The notes under the pieces were generated by a model. The model was not told the origin of the DNA, did no database searches, and was given only the letters and a program-made list of their open reading frames with translations. This document shows, in pieces, positions 28,715-37,926 of a stretch of DNA of 64,000 nt (its first letter is position 1; the number at the start of each line of letters is the position of its first letter). Source of the stretch: Nibricoccus sp. (lineage in GTDB: Bacteria; Verrucomicrobiota; Verrucomicrobiia; Opitutales; Opitutaceae). The stretch is taken from contig JASGHG010000001.1 of the NCBI GenBank assembly GCA_047602425.1, positions 896,001 through 960,000 of the forward strand, written 5' to 3'. The position numbers and the translations under genes are program-made.

Positions 28715-30660
28715 ATCGGGTAGCCGGAGGTAATTAGCCTCCGGCCCCCACACCACCCGGCGTACGGGTCCGTACCGGGCGGTTCCGATCTGATTACGTC
28801 ACTTTCACCTTCGTCGCAGGAGGTTTATCCCTTGACGTTGGTTTGGCGGGTAATGATAGGCGATCCATTGGGTTTGCAGGTTGGGCACCCCTTGCTTCTG
28901 CAGCCATTCGTTGGTCAGCGCGGCTTGCACGATGCTGTTGCTGCTCATCCGCCAGCAGCCTTTGCGGCTGCGGCTGGCCAGATGCACTTCTTCTTTCTTC
29001 GCGCCAAGGCGCAGCAGGTTTCGCCGCCGTGTCGGCGCGCGTTTCCATTGTTTCCAGTAGCATTGCCGAACTCGGCGGCGTAGCCATTTATCCAGCTCGA
29101 GCACTTCGCGATACGTGTGGCTGATCCGGTAGTAGCCGATCCAGCCGTTGACGTAGCGGCTCAGGCTGCCGAGCCGGTGTTCCATCGACACGGCCCACGA
29201 GCGGCCGGTCAGTTCGCGCACTTTCGCGCGGAACTCTGCCTCGGCGGCTGGGCTCCAGCGGATTTGTTTCCGTTGGATCTGACAGCCGAGGAACGTGCAG
29301 TCGGCCAGCGGCGCGGCCCGGCTTTTGGCCGGGTTCACCGTGAGTTTTAACTTCTGTTCAACGAACTTCACGACATCGGCCATCACTTGTTCCGCTTTGG
29401 CGCGGCGCGGGACTACGATCAGGAAGTCGTCGGCGTAGCGCGCGAAGCGCAGGCGGCGCCGTTCCAGTTCACGGTCCAGCGGGGTGAGCATGATGTTGGC
29501 GAGCAGGGGCGACAAGGGTCCGCCTTGCGGCACGCCTTTGGTTGTTGGTTCTCGCTTTCCGTTCGGCAACACCACCCCGGCGCGCAGGTAGCGGCCGATC
29601 AGGCGCAGGACGTCCTTGTCCTTTACCTTCGCGGCCACGCGCGCCATAAGCAGGTCGTGGTCGACGTGATCGAAGAAGCTTTTCAGGTCGCAATCGACGG
29701 CGTGGGTGTTACCCTGTGCCGCGGCGTCCCGGATCGAGCGCAGCGCTTGATGGGCGTTGCGTCCGGTTCGGTAGGCGTGACTGTTTTCGCTGAACGTTTC
29801 CTCGAACACCCCGCTCAACTCTTGAGCGAGGGCTTGCTGGATGACCCGGTCCAGCACCGTGGGGATGCCCAGCGGGCGCTCGCCGCCGGTTTTCTTCGGG
29901 ATCGCCACCCGTCGCACGGGCGAGGGGCGGTAGGTCCCGTTCTGCAGTTTGGTGCGTACTTTTGTCCAGTGGGTTCGGATGAACGCGGGGAAGGCCGCGA
30001 TCGACATGGCGTCGATCCCGGGCGCTCCGCCGTTTTGCCGAACCTGCCGCCAGGCGGCATTGATGTTCGCCGGACTCAAGACACGTTCCCATTGTTCGCT
30101 ATGACTGCGGTCTTTCTCCGCCGCTAGGCTGCGCTCGTGGCCGGATTTGGCGTCCAGCGCCAGCTCCAGTTGGAAGCAGCCCGCGGTCTCCGCGGTCCCG
30201 ATCGGTTCGGTCCTTCGCGCGTGCGTGAGGCCTTCCGGGGCTTTCGGCGAGCCTTGTGGAAGGCGCTCGCTTACTCCCGGCTCGTTTCCCGCGCTACTAC
30301 GACTTCTGCTGACTGCTGCGCGTTCGCCGACACGGTTCCCCGTGGCGATGCGGGCTGGTTGCGTGTGCAACCGCCTGCTTGCCGCGCAGCTCTCCCTGGG
30401 TAAGGGACGTGACTTTCCCGACACAACCCCGGGCTTTACCTGTGACGCTGATACCCGGACTTCGTTCTGTGGTGCGCACTCGTCCGCGTCACCGGCCTTG
30501 TAACCCGTTCCTGTTCGTGGGCTCGTCGGTTTGACGCCAGCTTCTTTCCCACAGGGTCTCGCGACACCGCAGTTGCTTTTGTCTAATGCTTTTGGTTTAT
30601 CCATCGGTATCTTGCAGCGAGGACTTCCACCCCACCAGTTCACTCCCATGCCAGGCACAC
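28715..30660 (-). mobile_element. Group IIC-attC intron, complete
   Basis: Minus strand begins GTGTG and ends CTACCCGAT; domain V GAACCGCCCGGTACGGACCCGTACGCCGGGTGGTG with CGC triad; inserted in R'' of attC. Confidence 0.93.
28805..30160 (-). CDS. ltrA: Group II intron reverse transcriptase/maturase (no endonuclease domain); start uncertain
   Basis: GAPGID, RPLGIPTVLDR, DLKSFFD, GVPQGGPLSPLLAN, RYADD, FLG, X-domain GWIGYY..LDKWLRRR. Confidence 0.93.
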   Translation of the reverse strand, partial: ALDAKSGHERSLAAEKDRSHSEQWERVLSPANINAAWRQVRQNGGAPGIDAMSIAAFPAFIRTHWTKVRTKLQNGTYRPSPVRRVAIPKKTGGERPLGIPTVLDRVIQQALAQELSGVFEETFSENSHAYRTGRNAHQALRSIRDAAAQGNTHAVDCDLKSFFDHVDHDLLMARVAAKVKDKDVLRLIGRYLRAGVVLPNGKREPTTKGVPQGGPLSPLLANIMLTPLDRELERRRLRFARYADDFLIVVPRRAKAEQVMADVVKFVEQKLKLTVNPAKSRAAPLADCTFLGCQIQRKQIRWSPAAEAEFRAKVRELTGRSWAVSMEHRLGSLSRYVNGWIGYYRISHTYREVLELDKWLRRRVRQCYWKQWKRAPTRRRNLLRLGAKKEEVHLASRSRKGCWRMSSNSIVQAALTNEWLQKQGVPNLQTQWIAYHYPPNQRQGINLLRRR

Positions 30661-30760
30661 ACCAGGCGCTAGAGCACAACGCCTATGCTCGTCACGCCAG
30701 CTGCGTGGCAGCTGTCGCGCCGAGCACAGGCGTGGCTCACCTTTAACGTTCGGCAAAGAT

Positions 30761-31135
30761 ATGAAGAATATCGGCGTTAGCACGACGGCACTCTTTCTGG
30801 CCTTGGGCGCGCTAGTACTCTGCGTCGTGGCAGAGCCCTTTTATGCCGGTCTGTTGGCAGTGCCCTTTGCGTTAGGCCCCCTTGTTTATTCTCTACAGAT
30901 TGCTTTGCGATGGAAAGAAGCCCGGAAGGTACAAAGAGTGATCGCACTGAGCACATCCCTTTACGCTGCTTGGTTTCTTTTCATCTATCTCGACGGGTTC
31001 TATTGGAATCCCGATGCTCAAAGCGGCATTCTTTTCTTCGTTATCGGGATCTGGTCTTTGCCTGTCATGATTCCTTTCTGGATAGCGGCTCACCGTATAG
31101 GTAAGAAATCTACTTCTAAAGAAATCAAAGCATGA
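30761..31135 (+). CDS. Cassette 6: membrane protein (about 4 TM)
   Basis: Hydrophobic ORF with DAQ motif between attC5 and attC6. Confidence 0.8.
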   Translation: MKNIGVSTTALFLALGALVLCVVAEPFYAGLLAVPFALGPLVYSLQIALRWKEARKVQRVIALSTSLYAAWFLFIYLDGFYWNPDAQSGILFFVIGIWSLPVMIPFWIAAHRIGKKSTSKEIKA

Positions 31136-31139
31136 AATA

Positions 31140-31238
31140 GCCGAACCAGGCGCTAGAGCACAACGCCGATGTCCGTCACGTCAGCTGCGGGGCAGCTGTC
31201 GCGCCGGCCACAGGCGCGGCACACCTATAACGTTAGGG
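31140..31238 (+). other. attC site 6
   Basis: GCCGAAC...GTTAGGG. Confidence 0.9.
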
Positions 31239-31243
31239 AAACT

Positions 31244-31711
31244 ATGAGATACTTACTTATATTCATTGGTTCAATTTGTGGTTTGTATGCCGCAAATACG
31301 ACGTGTTCTGAACTGGCGACGAACCTTGAGCATGGTGTGCAAACGATTGCTTCCGGCCGCATCGACGATGGGTTAACGGAGATAAGTGCCCAGGGTGTGC
31401 CTAGTCGGTCTCCAAAAGAGAGAGCAGAGAATAATCAAAAGTTTAGGGATGCTCTAAAACAGATGTCCGGTTTCGGGGCGGCACGACGTGTTGTGCGATT
31501 CTCTACGCTCTACATAGGCGAAGGCTATTGTCGGATTCGTGTACTTGATAGACGAAACGCAGGCGCTATCCTTTGGACGTTTTTTTGCGAACGCGACGGC
31601 GATAGTTGGTTTATGTGCTCGGTCACCATGACCGCGAATAGTGAATTTGGCAATTTGATGAAGGAATTGGATGCAGCTGATTATGCGAAGGAAGAACAGA
31701 AAACACCCTAA
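31244..31711 (+). CDS. Cassette 7: secreted hypothetical protein
   Basis: MRYLLIFIGSICGLYAA signal-like start; stop lies within R''. Confidence 0.78.
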   Translation: MRYLLIFIGSICGLYAANTTCSELATNLEHGVQTIASGRIDDGLTEISAQGVPSRSPKERAENNQKFRDALKQMSGFGAARRVVRFSTLYIGEGYCRIRVLDRRNAGAILWTFFCERDGDSWFMCSVTMTANSEFGNLMKELDAADYAKEEQKTP

Positions 31712-31804
31712 CCAGGCGCTAGATCACAACGCCTATGCTCGTCACGCCAGCTGCGTGGCAGCTGTCGCGCCGGCCACAGGCGTGGCTCACCTATAACGTT
31801 CGGC
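31706..31804 (+). other. attC site 7
   Basis: CCCTAAC...GTTCGGC; nearly identical to attC5. Confidence 0.9.
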
Positions 31805-31807
31805 AAA

Positions 31808-32179
31808 ATGAAAAAATTCATATTTACCCTCTGTTTGCTAGGCTTGTGTGCATCAGGATGTGTGCAGGTGGAGCACAAGGCACAGAAAGAACTTCACGCC
31901 CATATGCGCTATTTGGCAAAAGGGGATCAGATCGAGGTGCTTTCAATGACGTGCAATTTTGAAGCCTATGAGGATGATTTTATCGCTGGATTTAAGCGAG
32001 GGTTTCATGAACTTATGACTCCAGCTGATAAACTCCACGTAGATTATATGGGAGACTATCCAGGCACATACTACATAAATTGTGGATTGGGCTATGCAGG
32101 ACTCGCAGTGCAGGACGTTTGTAAGAAACAGAAAGAGAATCCAGCTTTAGCAGAGGTTACTGGTGAGATTGAGTTCTAG
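31808..32179 (+). CDS. Cassette 8: hypothetical lipoprotein
   Basis: MKKFIFTLCLLGLCASGC lipobox. Confidence 0.8.
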   Translation: MKKFIFTLCLLGLCASGCVQVEHKAQKELHAHMRYLAKGDQIEVLSMTCNFEAYEDDFIAGFKRGFHELMTPADKLHVDYMGDYPGTYYINCGLGYAGLAVQDVCKKQKENPALAEVTGEIEF

Positions 32180-32195
32180 GCAGCCCAGAAAAATC

Positions 32196-32289
32196 GCCGA
32201 ACCACGCGCTAGAGGACAACGCCTATGATCACATCCGTCCTTTTAGTCCTGGCTCGCCGGTTCGGCGTGGCTGACCTGTAATGTTAGCC
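32196..32289 (+). other. attC site 8
   Basis: GCCGAAC...GTTAGCC. Confidence 0.85.
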
Positions 32290-32297
32290 GAAAGAGC

Positions 32298-32690
32298 ATG
32301 ACGAATCTACCCGAAGGTTGGACTGACGATATGAGGATACCGATTGCGCCCGGTGCGCAGTCCGAGGAACTCGTCGATATTGTTTTTGAAGCTATGCTCG
32401 CATTCGAGGTTTCAGATGACGTCTGCAGAAAATTGCAGACGCGATTTGGTCTGTCGCTAGATGACGCGATGTTAGCTCTAGATCGAGTTCCTGGTGGTGT
32501 AGTTCGCGCAATCACTGCGAATCCAGCCAATTGCCCGGACAAAGAAAAAGATCCGCTTGCGTTCATTGCCTACAGCCGGGTTTGGGCGACATTGCCGAGA
32601 CGACATCTCTTTTCGAGGCAGAAGAAGCCGGGTGGAAAGTGGCTTAAGTGGTTTGAAGAAAGGCGAACGATCGAAAATCAGAAGGGCTAA
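32298..32690 (+). CDS. Cassette 9: hypothetical protein
   Basis: ORF after attC8 ending in GGCTAA (R'' remnant). Confidence 0.78.
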   Translation: MTNLPEGWTDDMRIPIAPGAQSEELVDIVFEAMLAFEVSDDVCRKLQTRFGLSLDDAMLALDRVPGGVVRAITANPANCPDKEKDPLAFIAYSRVWATLPRRHLFSRQKKPGGKWLKWFEERRTIENQKG

Positions 32691-33030
32691 TCGGGTAGCC
32701 GGAGGTAACTAGCCTCCGGCCCCCACACCACCCGGAGTACGGGTCCGTACCGGGCGGTTCCGATCTGATTACGTCGCTTTCGCTTTCGTCGCAGATTCTT
32801 GTCTCTGCAATGTTGGTTTAGGCGGGTAATGATAGGCGATCCATTGAGCCTGCAGATTTGGCATGCCTTGTTTTTGCTCGGCTCACGGCCCGTTGCACGG
32901 GCACCCGTTCGCCTCGCCCTTCGCGTCGCTCCGGGCCACGCCATGCGGCGTGACCATCTCCGCGCTTCGTCCAGCCATTCGTTGGTTAGCGCGGCTTGCA
33001 CGATGCTGTTGCTGTTCATCCGCCAGAGCC
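32690..33030 (-). pseudogene. 5'-truncated group IIC intron fragment (domains V/VI plus RT C-terminal remnant) in attC9
   Basis: Closely similar to 28715-28960; homology stops near 33030; 95-bp insertion at 32876-32970. Confidence 0.88.
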
Positions 33031-33123
33031 ACTGTTATAGCGAGCGATGAAGCAGGTATATAGCAGGCCAAACAAAGCAGCTTTAGAGCATTTTTAAAAA
33101 TGTCATAGCCGCACAATCCGGCT

Positions 33124-33194
33124 GTAGGGGCGCAGTCTTGCTGCGCCCGGTTTGGCTTCGCTACAGAAAAGGCGCAGCAAGACTGCGCCCCTAC
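33124..33194. repeat. Inverted GTAG-REP doublet (REPIN-like)
   Basis: GTAGGGGCGCAGTCTTGCTGCGCC ... GGCGCAGCAAGACTGCGCCCCTAC perfect inverted pair. Confidence 0.85.
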
Positions 33195-33421
33195 GAGGAC
33201 AGCTCGGTCTGTAACACCGATTTACGGGTACAGTTTTATTGTGTGTGCTCTAGCAGAATGCCTATCGTCACGTCCGGTCTTTTAGACCCTGCCCGTCGGC
33301 ACGGTGTGGCTGGTCAGAGATCGTTCGGCCAAAACTTTTTAGAAGAGTGTCCGGAAAGGTGCAGATGGATCGTCGGGATAGCAGCACATGTCGCTCGGTT
33401 GCTTCGTGTGTCTTCAAAAAC

Positions 33422-33892
33422 ATGCTTACCACACCCAAAGTACGCCTTACGTCGTCGTCACTGGCCGCGGCTATTCCTCTTTCCGTACCGCGCGATGAGA
33501 TTCAAGAAGCGATGGGCCCGGCACTCCAAGAGCTTCACCGGACCGTGAAAAAAGAGAAGGCCGCCCTCACCGGCCCATGGTTTACCCACCACACGAAAAT
33601 ATCGGCTGACCGTTTTGAGTTGGAAGTGTGCCTCCCGTTGGAAAAACAAGTTTCTCCACGCGGACGCGTCAAAACCGTCTCTTTTCCTTCCATCCAGGTG
33701 GTCGAATCAATCTACCAAGGAGATTATGAAGGGCTCGGTGAAGCGTGGGAAGCGTTCCTGGATCGAATTAAGAAAGACGGTTATAAAACAAAGGAAGATA
33801 TGTTTGAGTTTTATCTGGTCGGTCCAGACACGGAGGACGATCCGAACAAATGGCAGACGCGACTTTGCAAGCCACTCCGCGAAGGCTCCTGA
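33422..33892 (+). CDS. GyrI-like small-molecule-binding domain protein
   Basis: GPWFTHH, YQGDYEGLGEAW, FEFYLVGP..PNKWQTRL. Confidence 0.85.
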   Translation: MLTTPKVRLTSSSLAAAIPLSVPRDEIQEAMGPALQELHRTVKKEKAALTGPWFTHHTKISADRFELEVCLPLEKQVSPRGRVKTVSFPSIQVVESIYQGDYEGLGEAWEAFLDRIKKDGYKTKEDMFEFYLVGPDTEDDPNKWQTRLCKPLREGS

Positions 33893-33956
33893 TCGGCCGA
33901 ACCACAACCTGAGGCCAAAAGTATAAGCAAAGTACGCAGGCACCCTGTGCCGTGCT

Positions 33957-35660
33957 TCAGGATTCCGCGCGTTTTGCCTGCAGCATGGTGCCTTTGACGC
34001 GGATACCGTTGAGTTTCGTGACGATCAGTTCGGCGTCTTCCTCGGCGACGTCGACGAGCAGGTAGTCCTCGTGGAGGTCGATCGCTCCGACGACGTTGGC
34101 AGGAAGTCGGGTGACACCGGCGATTTTGCCGACCACATCGGCAGGGGTAACCTGGTGCTTGCGCCCCACATTGAGCACGAGTGAAACCATGCCCGGCTCG
34201 CGCCCCGTGCGCGCGGGGCGTTCGTACTTCTTTTTCTTCTGGGGAATGTTTCGGGGCGCGTCTTCCTTGTCCCAGTCAGGCAGACGTTCCGGAGCGCGTG
34301 AGGGCGTGGACGCAGTAAAATCCTTGTCGCGTTGCAGCGCCGGCGCCGGCTGCGGTTTTTCCGAGGCTTTTTCGCCGTTGACGATCAAATGGATGAGCGC
34401 GGAGGCGATATCGTTGGAGGCATAGCCTTGCTCCAGCAGGCGATCGAACATGCGGTCTTGTTTTGCGAACTGGCCGGCATCGAGCGTGGCGCGTAGTTTC
34501 TCGAAGAATACATTCTCACGCGCCTCCTCGACCTGATCGAGCGAGGGCACGGTTTCGCGACGGATCTTCAGCTTCGCAAACCGAACCATGCTCTGGAGCT
34601 TATAAAGCTCGCGGCCGGCGACGAAGGTGATGGCGCGGCCGGATTTCCCCGCGCGGCCGGTGCGGCCGATGCGGTGAGTGTAATCCTCGGCGTCGTTCGG
34701 CAGGTCGTAGTTGAAAACGACTTCAAGGTCGTCGACGTCGAGCCCGCGCGCCGCGACATCCGTTGCGACGAGAAATTCGAAGCCACGCCGGCGGAATTTA
34801 TCCATCACACGTGTGCGTTGGGCCTGGGAGATGTCGCCATGCAGACGGTCGGTCGCATAGCCGCGCGAATGCAGATGCTCGTCGAGTTCGTCGACCATGA
34901 TCTTCGTGCTGCAAAAAATAATGCCGTAACGAAAATCGTTCACGTCGATCAGACGTGTGAGCACCTCGATCTTGGAGCGGCGATCAACCTCGTAGTAAAC
35001 CTGGTCGACCTGCGGAGCGTTTTGCGCGAGCGACTCGATCTTGATCCATTCGGGATTGTTCGCGTGATTGTGGATGAGCTGTTGGATCGGCTTTGGCATC
35101 GTGGCCGAGAAAAACAAAGTCTGCCGTTCCTGCGGGCTCGCGCTGAGGATGCGTTCGATGTCGTCGCGGAAACCCATGTCGAGCATGCGGTCGGCTTCGT
35201 CGAGGATGGCGACGCGGAGTTGATCCAGTTTCAACGTGCCGCGTTCCATGTGATCCATGACGCGACCCGGCGTGCCGATGATGATCTGAGCGCCGCTCGC
35301 GAGGGCGCGAAATTGCCGTTCGTAGGATTGACCGCCATAAATCGGCACGGCGTGAAGACCGCGTTTAAAGAGGGAAAGTTTGCCCATTTCCTCGGCCACT
35401 TGCACGGCGAGTTCGCGGGTCGGGCAGAGCACGAGCACCTGCACGGCGCGGAGGTGAGGATCGGTTTTCTCGATCGCCGGGAGGGCGAACGCGGCAGTTT
35501 TGCCCGAGCCGGTGGACGACTGGCCAACGATGTCTCGACCCGTGAGTGCGACCGGGATCGTGGCCGACTGAATCGGCGAGGCTTCTTCAAAACCCATTTT
35601 ATCCACTGCCTTCAGTGATTCGGCGGAGAGACCCAGCTCGGAGAAAAGTCGTTTTTCCAT
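33957..35660 (-). CDS. deaD: DEAD-box RNA helicase with DbpA-type C-terminal RNA-binding domain
   Basis: TGSGKT, PTRELA, TPGR, DEAD, SAT, ARGLD, HRIGRTGR. Confidence 0.93.
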   Translation of the reverse strand: MEKRLFSELGLSAESLKAVDKMGFEEASPIQSATIPVALTGRDIVGQSSTGSGKTAAFALPAIEKTDPHLRAVQVLVLCPTRELAVQVAEEMGKLSLFKRGLHAVPIYGGQSYERQFRALASGAQIIIGTPGRVMDHMERGTLKLDQLRVAILDEADRMLDMGFRDDIERILSASPQERQTLFFSATMPKPIQQLIHNHANNPEWIKIESLAQNAPQVDQVYYEVDRRSKIEVLTRLIDVNDFRYGIIFCSTKIMVDELDEHLHSRGYATDRLHGDISQAQRTRVMDKFRRRGFEFLVATDVAARGLDVDDLEVVFNYDLPNDAEDYTHRIGRTGRAGKSGRAITFVAGRELYKLQSMVRFAKLKIRRETVPSLDQVEEARENVFFEKLRATLDAGQFAKQDRMFDRLLEQGYASNDIASALIHLIVNGEKASEKPQPAPALQRDKDFTASTPSRAPERLPDWDKEDAPRNIPQKKKKYERPARTGREPGMVSLVLNVGRKHQVTPADVVGKIAGVTRLPANVVGAIDLHEDYLLVDVAEEDAELIVTKLNGIRVKGTMLQAKRAES

Positions 35661-35810
35661 AAAGCACGCTGTCGGCAAGCGGGAGAAAAGAACACTCAAA
35701 AGAAGCCCCGCGATTCCTACTGGGTTTCCGGCTCCTCAGTGAAACTCGCGACTATTACGGCATAAAAACCGCTGACTCTCGCCCAACCTTTGATCAACTT
35801 CACCACCAGC

Positions 35811-37322
35811 ATGACCCCAACCGACGCCACGCCTCCGCCACCCTCCCCCATTTCGTCCGTCGAAACGGGTGGACTGCTTGGACACCCGCGCGGTTTGACG
35901 ACGCTGTTTTTCACCGAGATGTGGGAGCGTTTCAGCTACTATGGCATGCGGGCGTTGCTGGTGCTGTTCATGACAACCAAACTCGCGGACGGCGGTTTGG
36001 GCCTGCCCGATTCCAAGGCGGCGGCGATTTACGGCAACTACACGATGAGTGTCTATCTGCTGTGTATCCTCGGCGGTTTTATCGCGGACAACTTCATCGG
36101 CTCGCGCCGCGCCGTGCTCTGGGGCGGCATCATCATCGCCAGCGGACACTATTCGATGGCGATCCATTCAACATCGACATTTTACGCCGGCCTCTGCCTC
36201 GTCGCGATCGGCACGGGCCTGCTCAAGCCCAACATCTCCACGATGGTCGGCGGCTTGTATTCGCCGACTGACGAACGCCGCGACGCGGGCTTCTCGATTT
36301 TCTACATGGGCATCAATCTCGGCGCCCTCACCTCTTCGATTGTCTGCGGCTTCCTTGCCCAACACACGTGGTTTAAAAATTTCCTCGCGCAGCTCGGCCT
36401 CGATCCGTTGCAGAGCTGGCACTGGGCATTCGGCGCGGCGGGCGTCGGCATGACGTTCGGCTTGATCACTTATGTTTTGCGCCGCAGGACACTCGCGCAC
36501 GTTGGCGCGGTGCCGCCGGTTCCGGTTAACGGGCGGCCTTGGGGAAAACTCGGGCTGGTTGCAATCGCCTCGCTTGCACTGATCGCGGTGATGCGACTGA
36601 GCGACGAACATAAATGGATCGTCATATTGCTCTTTTTGGTGGAGACCGCGGCGGTTCCGGCTTTCGCCTTTCGAAAAAACGAGGACAGCAAACGCATCGC
36701 CGCGATCCTCGTCTTCTTCATCGCCGCGCAAATTTTCTGGGCGATCTTCGAACAGGCCGGCTCGTCCATGTCGCTCTTTGCCGACCGCCTGACCAAAAAC
36801 CAGGTATTAGGCCTAAATTTCCCTTCGTCGTGGTGGCAATCGGTCAACGCCGCGTGGGTCATCACCCTTGCCCTGCCTTTCGCCTGGCTCTGGACAAAAC
36901 TCGGCCACCGCCAGCCTTCCAGCCCGCTCAAGTTTACGCTTGGGCTTTTCTTCGTCGCGCTTTCGTTCGTGTGGATGATTCCCGCCGCGCGACTGACCAC
37001 TGCGGGCCTGGTCAGCCCGATCTGGCTGCTCGGACTTTATTTTCTCCAGACCGTCGGTGAAATGTGTCTGAGCCCGGTCGGTCTGAGCACGATGACCAAG
37101 CTGGCCCCGCCGCGCCTGGTGGGCTTGGTGATGGGCATTTGGTTCCTGGCCGCTGCGTTGGGCAACAAACTCGCCGGGGTGCTCGCCGGCGATTTCAAAT
37201 CGGACGATTCCGCGAGCCTCGTCACGTTCTTCTGGCACCAAGCCCTCTGGGTGGGCGGCGCCACGCTGGCACTTTTCCTCCTCGTTCCCTGGTTGCGGAA
37301 ACTCATGGGCGGCGTGCGCTAA
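35811..37322 (+). CDS. Proton-dependent oligopeptide transporter (POT/PTR, DtpT-like)
   Basis: EMWERFSYYG, GTGLLKPN, FSIFYMGINLG. Confidence 0.93.
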   Translation: MTPTDATPPPPSPISSVETGGLLGHPRGLTTLFFTEMWERFSYYGMRALLVLFMTTKLADGGLGLPDSKAAAIYGNYTMSVYLLCILGGFIADNFIGSRRAVLWGGIIIASGHYSMAIHSTSTFYAGLCLVAIGTGLLKPNISTMVGGLYSPTDERRDAGFSIFYMGINLGALTSSIVCGFLAQHTWFKNFLAQLGLDPLQSWHWAFGAAGVGMTFGLITYVLRRRTLAHVGAVPPVPVNGRPWGKLGLVAIASLALIAVMRLSDEHKWIVILLFLVETAAVPAFAFRKNEDSKRIAAILVFFIAAQIFWAIFEQAGSSMSLFADRLTKNQVLGLNFPSSWWQSVNAAWVITLALPFAWLWTKLGHRQPSSPLKFTLGLFFVALSFVWMIPAARLTTAGLVSPIWLLGLYFLQTVGEMCLSPVGLSTMTKLAPPRLVGLVMGIWFLAAALGNKLAGVLAGDFKSDDSASLVTFFWHQALWVGGATLALFLLVPWLRKLMGGVR

Positions 37323-37416
37323 CTGGCCGCCAAGGCTGCGCCATGCACCGTGAGAGGCAGGGTGTTTGGCCAGCAAGTTCTTGAACCTTTTCGCCGAACC
37401 AATACAGTTCGCTGGC

Positions 37417-37830
37417 ATGAAATACCTCGTGATTGTGTTGCTGCTGTTCGCCGTGCTCATTGGAACCCGCGCGAAAAGGGCTCCTTCGGGAAAACCAAAA
37501 CAAGCCGACTACGTAACCCAGGCGGAAATCGCCACCGTCGCACGGTCGACGAATGAGAAAGTCCTGCTCTATTTTTGGAAACCAAATTGCCCCGGCTGCA
37601 CCACCATGGGGCCCATCGTGGATCAAGTCGCGGCGGAATTCCCCGACATCCCGATTATTAAAATCAACACAGCCGACGAAAAGAACCGTCCCGTCCACGA
37701 CGAATATCGAATCCACTCAACGCCTTCCTTTGTGATTCTCCAAAATGGAAAAGAGGTGTCGCGCTACGAACGCCCGTTTTCCGACCGGAAAGCGTATGTC
37801 TCGTTCCTGCGTCCCTCGAAGGTGTATTGA
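37417..37830 (+). CDS. Exported thioredoxin-family protein
   Basis: CPGC motif, STP cis-Pro loop, N-terminal hydrophobic anchor. Confidence 0.85.
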   Translation: MKYLVIVLLLFAVLIGTRAKRAPSGKPKQADYVTQAEIATVARSTNEKVLLYFWKPNCPGCTTMGPIVDQVAAEFPDIPIIKINTADEKNRPVHDEYRIHSTPSFVILQNGKEVSRYERPFSDRKAYVSFLRPSKVY

Positions 37831-37926
37831 GGAACACCCGCATTTGCCGCGCGTCTCAAGTCGGACCAAACCAGTTGCAGAATAGACTCCCCAACCGCCT
37901 GCGTTGCGTTCACCGTCGGTTCCAAC

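Larger units (their letters stand above)
28710..30754 (+). other. attC site 5, interrupted by group II intron (halves 28710-28714 and 30661-30754)
   Basis: Rejoining gives GCCGA-ACCAGGCGCTAGAGCACAACGCC...GTTCGGC. Confidence 0.88.
23151..33030. mobile_element. Complete integron: intI, attI and nine-cassette array
   Basis: IntI divergent from array; each cassette starts with a GTT core (GTTRRRY-like) and ends in an attC whose R'' complements that core (one mismatch in cassette 5). Confidence 0.95.

Noticed and set aside
28805..30679. RT as a retron, DGR or defence RT
   Set aside because: GTGTG start, domain V/VI, X domain and precise attC insertion identify a group IIC intron; no template/variable repeat pair seen
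24923..32289. Recurrent ~90-100-bp palindromes as CRISPR or REP units
   Set aside because: They have R''/R' cores complementary to cassette starts and flank single genes next to intI, so they are attC sites
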